Shown here: in pieces, positions 34,713-46,400 of the stretch | How the letters are laid out: each line of letters starts with the position of its first letter | How positions within the stretch are numbered: the stretch's first letter is position 1 | Source of the DNA: Bacteroidales bacterium | GTDB lineage: Bacteria > Bacteroidota > Bacteroidia > Bacteroidales > Paludibacteraceae | DNA length: 64,000 bases | Reading direction: 5' to 3' | NCBI GenBank assembly: GCA_050872525.1 | Contig: JBNMHB010000001.1 | Span: forward strand, 10,210 to 74,209 | Position numbers and translations under genes: made by a program | Notes under the pieces: generated by a model | What the model was told of the DNA's origin: nothing | The model's input: only the letters and a program-made list of their open reading frames with translations | Database searches by the model: none

Positions 34713-35132
34713 ATGAGCAAAAAAACATTACAACAGCAATGGCAGGAGGTCTGTAACGACTACCTGCGGGCGTTCTGCAAACGCCACGAATACGCCTATG
34801 ACCCCAAAGATTGGATAGGCATAGTTGTGGAGAATATCGGCACTATCGTGGAGGTAAACGACAGGTACATCAATATGGACGAAATCCGTTACGATGTAGA
34901 TAACAACGTCCCCACGGACAAGTTCGCAAAGTGGTACGACAAGCAACTCGAACTCCACGAACTCGGCATAGAGGTTTGGCTGAACTACCCAAACTACTGC
35001 AAAGGCGCACCCGACGAATGGACGGAGGAGCGTATGAAAGAACTGCGGGCTGCCAACCAACGCTTGTTGGAAATGAAAGCACATTTGGAGGAGTTGTGTA
35101 AGGATTATAAAAAGAAAAAGACCTATGAATGA
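34713..35132 (+). CDS. Hypothetical protein (139 aa)
   Basis: A co-oriented phage ORF. The antisense ORF 34728..35162 was rejected. Confidence 0.5.
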   Translation: MSKKTLQQQWQEVCNDYLRAFCKRHEYAYDPKDWIGIVVENIGTIVEVNDRYINMDEIRYDVDNNVPTDKFAKWYDKQLELHELGIEVWLNYPNYCKGAPDEWTEERMKELRAANQRLLEMKAHLEELCKDYKKKKTYE

Positions 35133-35217
35133 CAGACTTTTGAAGCACCAGATATTGCACAAGAATTTTTTGATACTTATAAAGATTTAATAGAAGAAGC
35201 AAAAATGTTTTTGTAAT

Positions 35218-35445
35218 ATGGACACAATGAATTGTCTATTCTTTGAAGATATTAGAAAAATCACAAAACAACCAGATGGTACATACTGCATACATTTCAG
35301 AAGCGGACATATCGTAGATGCAACAGACCAATACCCAAAAGGCTTCAAGAGCATACAAGAGGCTAAACGTTTTGTGTGGTTCAATTTAGATAGAGTAATG
35401 TTTATACACTTATTTCCACGGATATGGTGGGTGATACAATACTAA
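35218..35445 (+). CDS. Hypothetical protein (75 aa)
   Basis: A co-oriented ORF in an AT-rich segment. Confidence 0.4.
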   Translation: MDTMNCLFFEDIRKITKQPDGTYCIHFRSGHIVDATDQYPKGFKSIQEAKRFVWFNLDRVMFIHLFPRIWWVIQY

Positions 35446-35608
35446 AATCTATACAGGGGGCAGCCGTAATACACTAACGACTGCCTTATTTGTGTCGTAC
35501 AACTATGCCATAATATGGTGAGTATAATCAAATAATCGTTATGTATATAAGTGTCAAAAGTAAAGCAAAAAGTATCAAAAGTAAATGTACAAATTGCATA
35601 AGTAGTTG

Positions 35609-35616
35609 TATCTTTG
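35609..35616 (+). promoter_or_regulatory. -7 promoter box TATCTTTG for the giant-gene operon
   Basis: It matches TAnnTTTG and lies about 85 nt upstream of the 35700 ATG, after a 250-nt non-coding gap. Confidence 0.5.
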
Positions 35617-35699
35617 CACTTTGAAAAGACTTATTCATATTACAAATGCGTAATATCCTCGTACACGCGGGGTGAACGCATACTAAATAGGCAATTATT

Positions 35700-36341
35700 A
35701 TGGCATTTCCTTGGGGAGCAATAGTAGGATTAGCAGGGCAAGCCGTCAGTGGCATTGCGTCCGCTATGAATAATCGAAAGATGCAGCAGGCGGCAGACGC
35801 AGAGACTGCACGGCAGGTCGCGAGTAATGAAGCAAAGGCGTATGAAAATCCATTGTCTCGTAGTGAGAACCAGCAGGCGATGGCACAGTATGACCGCACT
35901 TCCAAACAACAATTGGAGAATGCACGTGGTGTGGCTACTATTACAGGTGCTACACCCGAGTATGCATTGGGAGTGCAGAAAGGCATTGCAGACGGACGTG
36001 CAGAGTTGATGGGTGGTATTGCCGCGGGCGCAAGTGCACAAAAGGACAAGTATCTGGATAAGGCAGAGAAAGCAAAGGAGCAGAAATTTGCAGACGACCA
36101 AGAGCGGAGATTAGCCCGAAATACCACGTATGCCAACCTTGCTGCCAACGCTGCAAGTGCGGCTGGGAGTATCATTGATTCGTATGTAACCAAACCCACA
36201 CCCAAAGCACCTGCTGCTATTGAAACGCCTGCATATACGTATAATGGCGTTACGGTTACTAACCCGCCTGCCTCTTTGCAACAGGAGATTAACAAGAAGA
36301 ACACAGGACTTGCGGCTATTAAACGCCGGAATGGCTGGTAA
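35700..36341 (+). CDS. Gly/Ala/Gln-rich hypothetical protein (213 aa), possible virion-internal or ejection-type protein
   Basis: MAFPWGAIVGLAGQAVSGIASAMNNRKMQQ is followed by coiled-coil-like Q/A/E-rich sequence. It is the first gene of the operon that contains the giant ORF. The antisense ORF 35528..36481 was rejected. Confidence 0.6.
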   Translation: MAFPWGAIVGLAGQAVSGIASAMNNRKMQQAADAETARQVASNEAKAYENPLSRSENQQAMAQYDRTSKQQLENARGVATITGATPEYALGVQKGIADGRAELMGGIAAGASAQKDKYLDKAEKAKEQKFADDQERRLARNTTYANLAANAASAAGSIIDSYVTKPTPKAPAAIETPAYTYNGVTVTNPPASLQQEINKKNTGLAAIKRRNGW

Positions 36342-36356
36342 TAAATTTGTACGACT

Positions 36357-37457
36357 ATGGCAGATGATAAGCAGAAATACAACCGCAACCTAACGACCAC
36401 CCATGGCGACAAGGTTACGACAACCACACACGGCGGCAAAACCGTAGAGACCACCCACGAGCCGAAAGTAACCACCCGCACCGAACAGAGTGTAGGCGGG
36501 TTCTATGATACCAATGGTAACCCTAATATAGCAGCACAACGCGAGTTCGAGGCGCGGAAACGTCCAATTGCCGCTGCATACAGGATAAACACTAATACAG
36601 GGCGTATTGAACCTCGTTTTGTGTCTGACATTCTTGGCATTGACCCTGATGTGATGAGGAGAAAACGTGCTGAGGAGGAGAGACTGAACCAAAGCAAGCA
36701 AAAAGAGTCAGCTCTCTACAACTCTCTTGCCGTCCTTGGTGATATGATGACTATGGCGGGAGGTGGCAATGTATGGAAACGCAATGCAGACCAGCACGCC
36801 AAAGAGGCACACGATAACAACCTTGCTTTGGAGCGTGAGCAGAATGCCGAGGACATCGCTAACAATAATAAGTTGCGTAGTACAGAGCAAGCATACGCAG
36901 CAGAGGTTCAGAAAATATACGATTCTGTAGGTAAGTCATTCGGTGCAAAGGTATCTCGTACCACAGAACAGGACGGAAAGACAACTGCAAAGACGACCCA
37001 AGGGCAAGACGTATCTACTACCACCCAAGGAAACGACCGCACAACAGGCTACACGGAGGGACGTGCAGAAAAAAATCTTCTTATGAATGTAAAGAGTACA
37101 TCATCTGGTAAAATATATAGTTTTGAATTAACAAAGCCGCAATTTGATGCAGTAACATCACTCTTGAAAGAGCATTACACGCAATTGTTAAACGACGACA
37201 ATCCAGTTTTTGTTGATGACGTAGAGGATAAGTTGTCTAAATCACACATCTTGATTGGAAAAGAAAAGGACGGTTCACCTATATTTGACTACAATATGAT
37301 GCTGCAGAATGGTAATTATTATGAATTGTCCGATGCTGTCGCTCATAAAATAGAGGAAATAACCGGTAATAAAATAAAATTCCCGAGACACACGGCAGAT
37401 AGGGCTTTCCATTTGCAAACTACTCAAGAACAAGAAACTCCACGCGGTGGATTTTAA
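36357..37457 (+). CDS. Hypothetical protein (366 aa) with Thr-rich N-terminal and central repeats
   Basis: It has TTTHGDKVTTTTHGGKTVETTHEPKVTTRT and a second T-rich stretch, TTEQDGKTTAKTTQGQDVSTTTQGNDRTTGYT. It lies 12 nt upstream of the giant ORF. Confidence 0.6.
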   Translation: MADDKQKYNRNLTTTHGDKVTTTTHGGKTVETTHEPKVTTRTEQSVGGFYDTNGNPNIAAQREFEARKRPIAAAYRINTNTGRIEPRFVSDILGIDPDVMRRKRAEEERLNQSKQKESALYNSLAVLGDMMTMAGGGNVWKRNADQHAKEAHDNNLALEREQNAEDIANNNKLRSTEQAYAAEVQKIYDSVGKSFGAKVSRTTEQDGKTTAKTTQGQDVSTTTQGNDRTTGYTEGRAEKNLLMNVKSTSSGKIYSFELTKPQFDAVTSLLKEHYTQLLNDDNPVFVDDVEDKLSKSHILIGKEKDGSPIFDYNMMLQNGNYYELSDAVAHKIEEITGNKIKFPRHTADRAFHLQTTQEQETPRGGF

Positions 37458-37469
37458 CCTAATAGCACT

Positions 37470-40400
37470 ATGGCAACTATACAAGAAGCATATCAAGCAG
37501 CCTGCAATGCAGGTTTTATTAAACGTAACGAGTTTTCGGAGGAGGCATTCGGTAATATGCTGCAAAACGACAATAACCGCCGCGCTTATTACGACCACGT
37601 TACAAAGATAGACCCTACATTTTATAGTAAGGATTATGATACATTCTCACAGAATGTATTGAGTGCGTTAGGGCAACCCGCTGCAAAGAATAGTACAAAT
37701 CAGCCATCTAACGCAGCACCTGCACCCTCCCAAGTGCAACCAACGTTCCAACCCGCACAAGGGCAGCCTACATTTTGGCAATCAATCGGCGCACACGACC
37801 CATATCCGCAGAAAACAGCAGAGGGTGTCGCACAATTCGAGCGAGAACAGCAGTTGCAGCGCGAGAGTGCCGCTACATTGCCATTGTCGCAGCAGGACAA
37901 AGACCGCCAAGCCGAGATACAACGTTTGCAGACAGAGGGAACATGGGGCAAGCCTAATGGTATAACTATGGATATTGACAAGCAGACAGGACTGCCGACA
38001 ATAAACCAGACCAAGGGAGATGGTATGCACCTTTCAATAGGAGCAACACCCTCCAATCAAGACGAGATTGACCGTCTCAAAGCGGAGCAGCCAGCCTACA
38101 TCACCCGCGAAATCAAAACCCCGCAAGACCTCTACACCTCTGTGTCGGAAGCGTGGGCGGCTAACACTCCCGACGGACAGAAAGCCAAAGCCGAGTTGGA
38201 TAAGACCGCACAGGACACCTACAACAACCTGCTGGCGGATATGAACCGCCAAATAGCCGACCTCCAACAGCAAGTCAACAACGGCACTGTCACACAACAA
38301 CAGGCACAGCAGGAGGCGCAGCGCATAGCCGACAACACCAATGCTGTCTATGAGAACGAGATGCAACTGGCGCAAGACTACTTCTTCCGCCAAATGACGG
38401 ACGCCAATGCCGACTATCTCTCCCAACAGGCACGCCTGCTCGGACAGAAAGCCACCAATCAGACTATCTCCGACATCAACGCACGCATCGCACCGCATAT
38501 CCGACAACTCGAAACAGAAAGGCAACAAGCCATGCAACGCGCAAGCCAAAGTGTACAAGCACAAGGCGGAATGTACGGGGCTATCGGTGCATCTATGTCG
38601 GCAAATACGGCATACAAGCCCGAAAAAGACCAAGAGTTGGCTCTATATCACCAATCGCAGCAGTTCCTCGCAGACGCTGCCAAGATAAGCGATGCCGCAC
38701 AAAAAGGAGAAGGCTTTTGGAAAGGTCTCGGCAAATCGCTTGGCGATATAGACACATGGGACTTCGGAATATCGCAACTCACACGCTCCGCCAACCTCAA
38801 AGACATCGTGGAGAAATACGAGCGCGGCGAACAACTCACCGATGCCGAGAAAGGACTGATGGATTCCGCCGTAGCCTATATGTCGGCGTGTGCCTACAAC
38901 TCCGACAAAATCAACCGCCGCTACAAAATGGGGCAGACCACGGGTGAGAGCATTCCGTTTATGTTGCAGTTCATGGTAATGCCTATCGGTGCAATCAAAG
39001 ACAAAGTCGCAAAGGGCGTGCTCGGCTACGGCATTGAGCAGTTCGGCGGCAAAGCCGCGCAAGCAGCAGGCAAGGCGGCTGCCAAATACGGAGCAAAGAC
39101 TGCTTTCAAAGAGGCAGGGACGGCATTATTGAGCAACCTCGCAGCGGCAGGAGTACAGACAGCCGCCTTTGGTGTACCCAAGATAGCAGAGGGCGCAATC
39201 AGCCGTATGACAGGCGATATACAACCCACCATCACGGAGCAAGGCAATATCGCATACAACGGCAGGCGAAACCAACAGAGTGCGGCATCCGCAGTATGGA
39301 ACTCCGCCGTGGATATGTACGCAGAGAACTTGTCCGAGATGATACTCACATCACTCGACCCGCTCAAAGCGTATGCAGGCACTACCAAACTATTCAAAGG
39401 ACTCAAGAGTAGCGAGATAGCGCAGGTGCTCGGCAGACTGAACGAGGGCGTAATCGGCAAAGTTAGAGACCGTGTACAATTCCGCAACTACATCGAAGAG
39501 GTTAGTGAGGAATATGTAGGCAACTTGATACGTTGGGGATTATCTACCGATGTAAACAACGCAGAGGACGCAGGTCTCTCTTCCGACCGGCAGATTGATA
39601 CGTGGCTCGGTCTTGCACCTACCTCCATTGCTTTTGGTGCAGCCAATATAGTTGAGGGCGGTATCGACCGTTTCCAATCGTCTCGTGCCGCCAAGAGACT
39701 GCGTGAGATTATGGCAGACGGAGACAAACGCCGCTATCTCGAAAGCCTGCTTAAATCACACAATAGCGACGATTTCTCCAAGAACGCGCACGAGGTTATC
39801 AAGAGCGTCCTGCGAGATAAAGAACTCAACGAAGATACCAAACGCCTGATTATGGACAGTATCTACTCCACCTATCAGTCGCAGTTGGCACAGGAAGCCG
39901 AACAGGCACGCGTACAAGCCGAGGCGGAAAGACAAACGCAACCCGAACAACAGCCGGAGCAACCTACACAAAGCAACCAACGCGAAGTAACCAACGGGGG
40001 CGCAGCGAACCTCGAGGGCGAGGAGCATTACCAAGACGCGGACGGCAACGAGGTTACTTTCTACCGCAATGCCGACGGCAGCGTTACACTCCGTGACGAG
40101 AACGGCAATGCCGCTGTGGATGAACACGGCAACGCCGTAGTACTTACGCAAGCCGAGTTTGACAAATACACCCAAGACACAAATCTCCGCCGTGTGGACA
40201 GAGAACTATCAGCAGACCAATGGGCAGAGCGTGAGAACGAACTGCGTCAGCAATACGCCACCGAGATACGTCCCAACACCCACAACGACGGCAATGTCTA
40301 TGAGGTAGCTCTTGCAAGCGATGGAAACAAACACGGATATATCGTAGGAGACGGCAATGTAGAGATAGACGACACCACCGACCATGCCGCACCACGTATC

Positions 40401-43400
40401 ACCAATTCCGATGTCGTTACTGTACGCTATGAAGACGGCACTATGGAGCAGGTCGCAGCCAAAGACCTAAATCTTTTATCTGTCGGCTCTGCCAATGATA
40501 TTGTAGAACAGAGATTGCAACCTTTCCAGCAATATGCGCAGGCAATGCAGACTTTCCGTATAGGGCAAGAAGTCTCTATGGATGACGAGTATGGCAACAC
40601 CTATACCTCACGCGTTGTAAGTGTGTCGGAAGATGGTGTAGAGGTGGAAATTGAAGACCCTTTCGGAAATCCACATACATGGACTTTTGACAATTCTATT
40701 GCGCTGACCACTTTACACCCCGTAAAGCAGGAACAAACGCAACAAAGCATAACTCCCGTAGGAGAGGGCGATTTTGGCTATATCTACGACCAGTTTGCTG
40801 GGAAACCGAAAGAGGCTATTGCTTTTCTTTCCGAACAAAAGAGCGGAGAAGCATTGGGGGCATTACATCATAATGAGGTTGGAGATATTGACCTTGTATG
40901 GGGATATGAGGGTACAGGTAAAAGTGATGGCTTTTGGCTTGCCAAGTTATTGAAGTATCACCCGGAAGTGGTGGATAACCTCCAAGAGATACTCAATGAT
41001 ATGCATGTTGTCAAGCGGAGTGAAAATCGTATTCAGTTGGAAAGCGACAAGTATGCCGCATCTGTCCGCTTGACATGGAATGACGAAAAGAAAACGTGGT
41101 TACTTACTGCATTCCAAAAGAAAAGCAGTGCCATCAACAATACGACGGACACTGCTGAAACCCATAAGGGTATGAGGAATGACACCGCTACTCCTCAAAG
41201 CACTGCTAATCTTTTCAGCGGCAAAGGTACTGCAAATAATTCAAATACGCAAGTCCCCATATTGAATATCAACATGGTTAGTGGCGAGGAGTTCGGTGAA
41301 AACGTTGTTGAGTATATGGGAGGAGACAAGGCAAGTGCTGTTGCCTATTTGGAAGCGGAGCGCGACAAAGCAGATGCCGAGGTAAAACGTTTGGCAAAGC
41401 AGAAAGTAACCCGCTACACCGACATTGCGGATTTTAAGCGTCAGAATGACGAACTGCAAGCCGCAAAGAAAGCCGCTGCCGACCGCTACAACAAGTTGCA
41501 GAACGCCATTGCTGCAGCCAACAACTACAAGACGCAGGCAGAGCAAGCCGAAGAAGCCGCTCGCAAAGCACGTGAGGAAGAAAAACGTGCTGCTCGCCGA
41601 CAGACACAAGCTACACAACTCTCCAACAATGCTCCCGCAGAGCGTTGGAAGAACGCACCGAAAGCAGTGGGTAATGCGGTAACGCGCACTTTGCCCGACG
41701 GCACTGTTATCAAAGGGCATTACGTATTGGTTGAAGCGGGTGCAGTCACACCGAGCCACGACCCGTTCAACGGGTGGAACACCTCCGACGGTTTCCCCGT
41801 TACCGATGACGGAAAGAATATCAACGACCGCGACTACAAGAACGACACGGACGCACAGCAAATCACCACGCAGATTGCACAGACCTATGATGGACAAGCC
41901 GTTGCGCAAGTACCTGTTGTCTCGTCTGAGGGTATCGTGTATGATGGCAACGGACGCACCATTGCAGGCAACATCGCGGCAGCAAACAACACAGACGGCG
42001 CGTATATCCAAGCCCTCGCAGACAATGCGGGCAACTTTGGCTTTATAGCGGAGCAGGTGGCAGGTATGCAGCACCCGCGTGTCTATATGCAGACGGACGA
42101 GGATTTGCCGTATAATACCACAACCTTTGCAAAGTTCAATGCTCAAGAGAAGAAATCGCAGGGCAGTACCCACCGTGCCGTAAGCAGCAGTAAGAAACTG
42201 ACTGAAGCGGCTCGTGACGGTATGTTGCGCATACTGGATAACTATGGCACGCTCGATGCATTCTTTGCATCGGAGACAGGCGCAAAGGATATTATCCGCT
42301 CGTTGTTGGATAACGGGATTATCACCCAGCAAGAGGTGGCAGGACTGACAGAAGCAACCGACAAAGGTTTTGTTCTCAACCCTACTGGCAAAGACTATGT
42401 TACAGACCTGCTCATCGGCGGTTTGTTTGATGAGCAGACTATCCGAATGCTCGGAAATGACAAAGGACTAAAGCAGTCTATTCTCCGTGCAATGCCGTCT
42501 ATCGTAGAAAATAGGCGTTTGGGAGACTATGCGCTGACGGATAACATCAATAATGCCATACGCCTGCTTTATGAAGCACGGCAGGCAGGTATGGCATATC
42601 CTTTGTTCATTAAACAAGGGAACGCCTTTGATGGCTATGTCAGCGACCGTTTCTCTCCATTTGAGATGTTGTTGGCGGAGGAGATGTCATCGGGAGTGGA
42701 GACATTCCGCCAAGTACTTAATCTGTATAATAATTCCGCACGAGACGAGGCGAATGGTCAAACGGGCTTGTTTGAACCGCGCACATTTGATGATATAAAG
42801 AAAGAAATACTACAACATTATGGAAAATCAACCGACCAATCAGCAGCCACCGCAGCAGAGTCAACCCAAAGCCGACCTGCAAACACGCAAACTGAACCTC
42901 CTGCACCAAGCGCACCAGCAGGTGATGGGCAAGAGCAAATCGCAACCGATATTCCTGCAAGTAATATCTTAGAGCAGATAGAAGCAGAGGCAGAACCTTT
43001 CGAAGAAATAGAACTTACTCCCGCCAATTGGTATGCCCTGTTTGGAGAAGACGGCATAGTAAGTACGCCTATCGGATATGTTAAGATGGGCGAACACCAG
43101 TATCTCAAACTTGCACAAAAGGGAAGAGACGGCAAACTCGGTATGATTAAACCTACACTCGAACACCCGAGTGTAGTGGTAATGGATAAGAGCCAAGCCA
43201 AAGACGGACAAAACACCGAGCGTGAGTTCTCTTATGTTTTTGTTAAGGCATTTGTAGGGAAGAACGGAGAGAGATTGTACTATTTCACATCTATTACCGT
43301 TAGCAAAGACGGACAAGAGGTCGTTATATCCAATCAAGAGAAAGAAAGAAGCCGCATACAGCGACTTCTGAAAAACGGTAAGTTAGCCTACATTAACAAG

Positions 43401-46400
43401 GCGACCTTGCCACCCGCTTCCGACAAAACGATACAAGGAGACCAACTTACTAATCCTGTCGGGGAAGAACTTTCTTCTGCCGACAAAGGTACAAAGAATA
43501 TACCAAACTCGCAAACTCCAGAGCAAAAAAGTGCAGAAAATCTGCCTAATGCAAGCCAAGATGAGCAATCGCATACGGAAGAAGCCTCGAAAGACGAACA
43601 GTCCAAAGATAACGGCAGCAAAGAGCAGTCTCAATCGCAACAATCTGAGAATAAGATATTCACCGAGGACGCATATGAGGCAGCCCGCCGTCGTATGCAT
43701 GAGCGTTTGAACAGGCTGAACGCCGGATTAGACCCCGAAATGCTTTCGGATGGTCTCATTATAGCAGGCTATCACGTAGAGAAAGGCGCACGCAAGTTTG
43801 CAGAGTTTGCCCGCGAGATGATACGTGAGTTTGGCGACAAGATACGCCCTTACCTCAAATCGTTCTACAATGGTCTACGAGACCTGCCCGAAGCAGTCGA
43901 TTTGTCGAAAGAGATGGACGACTACAGCACCGTGATGCAGTTCGATGTCAATAGCATTTCTATAGAGAGAGCAAAAGAGACGAAAAAAACGTCAGATATT
44001 TTGCCAAGTGCGGGAGAATCTGTAACTTTGCAGCCGAAAAAGGTAGATGTAGAGGGGTTGTTTGGTGCTTTGAATACAAAAGGCGAAGCAAAACTCAGCG
44101 ACCACATCGAACAAGAGTCTTTGTCGTCTGCAAATGCAGAGGATACGCACCCGCTATCCAATTACAATGGTTGGGTATATGGAGAGGGGCATATCGCCAA
44201 TGCACAACACCAAATAGAGGGTTACCTCCAAGGACTTGATGTTTTAGACCCTGCTATCGCCAACGAGTGGAAGAAGCAGAGCGGTATAAAAACCTACGGA
44301 GACCTGCGCAATTATGTAGAGAACATTTATAACGAAGCAAAAGCCACTCAAATAGCAGAACTCGAAGCGGAACTCAACAAACCGCTTAAATTGGAGCAGA
44401 AACAAACCCTCATCGACCAAATCAGCGACGGTAAGACAAAGGTCGTACTTGTAACAAACAAGAACATTGTCAAGAAACTTGTCGAACTCGGTGCCACACG
44501 CAAGACTATTGCTGGTGTTGCAGCCGCCCTTTCTCGTGGCGACAAAGTAAACGGCTTCTGCGCCAAAGGTATAGTTATCTTAAATACCGACGCTCTGCAA
44601 ACAGGCAACGACATCATCGCCGCTTATGTTCACGAGCGTCAGCACCTGCTTACTGCAGCCAACCCGCAACTGCTGTCCGCTATCACCGACAATGCAACTG
44701 CCGATGAGTTGGCACAGATATTGCGGACTATCACGGGTACTACATTCTATGACCAATACAACAATGGCACTACCAATGGGCATACAATACTCGCTGACGA
44801 ACTCATATCGCATGTTATGCAGGAAGCGTATGCCACGGGCAAGGACGCAGTAGAGATTGCAAAAGGGTATGGCATCACCAACGAAACAATTTTACGAACT
44901 CTTAACAATATAGATTATGAACAACAAAGTAACAGCCTATCCAAGGCAAGACGGGATAACATTCTCGGTCGAAACACTCAAAGTAGTAGCCGACAGAGCG
45001 GCAGAGATAGCCAGACGCAATCCCAAGGAGGATTGGCTCAACAGAGGGCTCGACCTGCTGGAAAAGGCTCGCCAAGAACTCCAAGCCGAGGGCAAACTGC
45101 CGAAAGAGAAATAGCCGATACACCCGTTAGTTCTCTCTCTTTCGATGAGCAGGCAAAGTCGCTCAAAGAACTTATCTCTTTCCAATCAAAAGAGGAAAAA
45201 GAGTATTTTGACTCTATTTTGCCCAATCTCAAAGCAGACCAACTCAGTACTGCTGACATACCGCTTGATGTCATACTCCAAGAAAATGGCATAATAGAAA
45301 AGATTGAAGAAAGAGTATCTGACTATATAGCCGAGCATTATCCGACACAAGGCTCTGTATCCGCGCTTAACGATACCCCACAAGGTAAGCAAGAGCGGGA
45401 GGCAATGCAAAAAGACCCTGCTCTTGCTCAATTGCGCAAAGAGGTTAATGAACAACAAGACGAAGCGGCACGCAAAATCGAATACAAGTATCAAGAGGTA
45501 AGGGCGATTGTTGATAATCCGTCCATTACCTTAGGCGAGGTCGCACAACTATGGAACAATGCTATAGAGTTCTGCCGTAGTCTTGCCGCTGAAAACAATA
45601 TACGGTTTAGCGTAGGAAAAGCAGTCAATAACTTGCATAAGTCCTCGAAAGGCAGTACCTTTGCAGGCAAGAAAAGTCATATCCCGAAAGCCGAACTTGC
45701 GGTAGCATACGCTGATATGTTCCGCAAGCAAGCACAAGGACAATTTGCGGACGGAAACGGTTTTGCCTACTCGGCAAACTATTTCCATTGGTTCGATAAC
45801 GGGCGTATTGTACTCTCTATTCCGATAGAAGGGAATGAGGATTATATAACAGATTATCAGAAACAATATGGCACTAACAGCAGTACAGGAACATTTAGCC
45901 AAAGGGCTGGACATCTTTGGCGTTCACAAAGACCAAGCACTGGGGATAATGGTATTTCTCAAAGACAACGAAGCGGGGATGAACGAGTTGATAGACTACA
46001 TGGAGCAGTACGAACCGACGGCGCATCAGATAATCAAAAAAGCGGGAGAAATACTCAGTCGGAAAACTCCACAGGAGTAACCGACCCGCGTTTCTCTGTA
46101 AGTGGTACACAAGTCGTACCGCTCGACAAGCGCACACTTGTGGGCTTGCACAACATCAGTTCCGACAAACTACGCAAAGTTCTTAAAGCAGGCGGATTAG
46201 CCAATCCGTCCGCAGCAGTTATAGACATTGCCAAACAAGACCACCACGGCTATGGTGAAATCTCGTTGGTAATGCCCTCCTCGCTTGTAGATAGCAAGAG
46301 CGGTAACAATGCGGGTACTTATACGGGTGATATGTGGTCGCCGACCTATCCGCTTGTAGAACGCCGAATGACTGATAAAGGAGAGGACACATACTATAAA

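Noticed and set aside
35700-36341. Microviridae VP2 / DNA-pilot homology, suggesting an embedded microvirus
   Set aside because: There is only a compositional resemblance, namely the Gly-rich N-terminus. No microvirus capsid (VP1) or replication (VP4) genes are nearby. The gene sits inside a large dsDNA-phage-like element.
35528-36481. 317-aa minus-strand ORF
   Set aside because: It is antisense to 35700..36341 and to the start of 36357..37457. Those genes are co-oriented with, and tightly coupled to, the giant ORF downstream of a promoter box.
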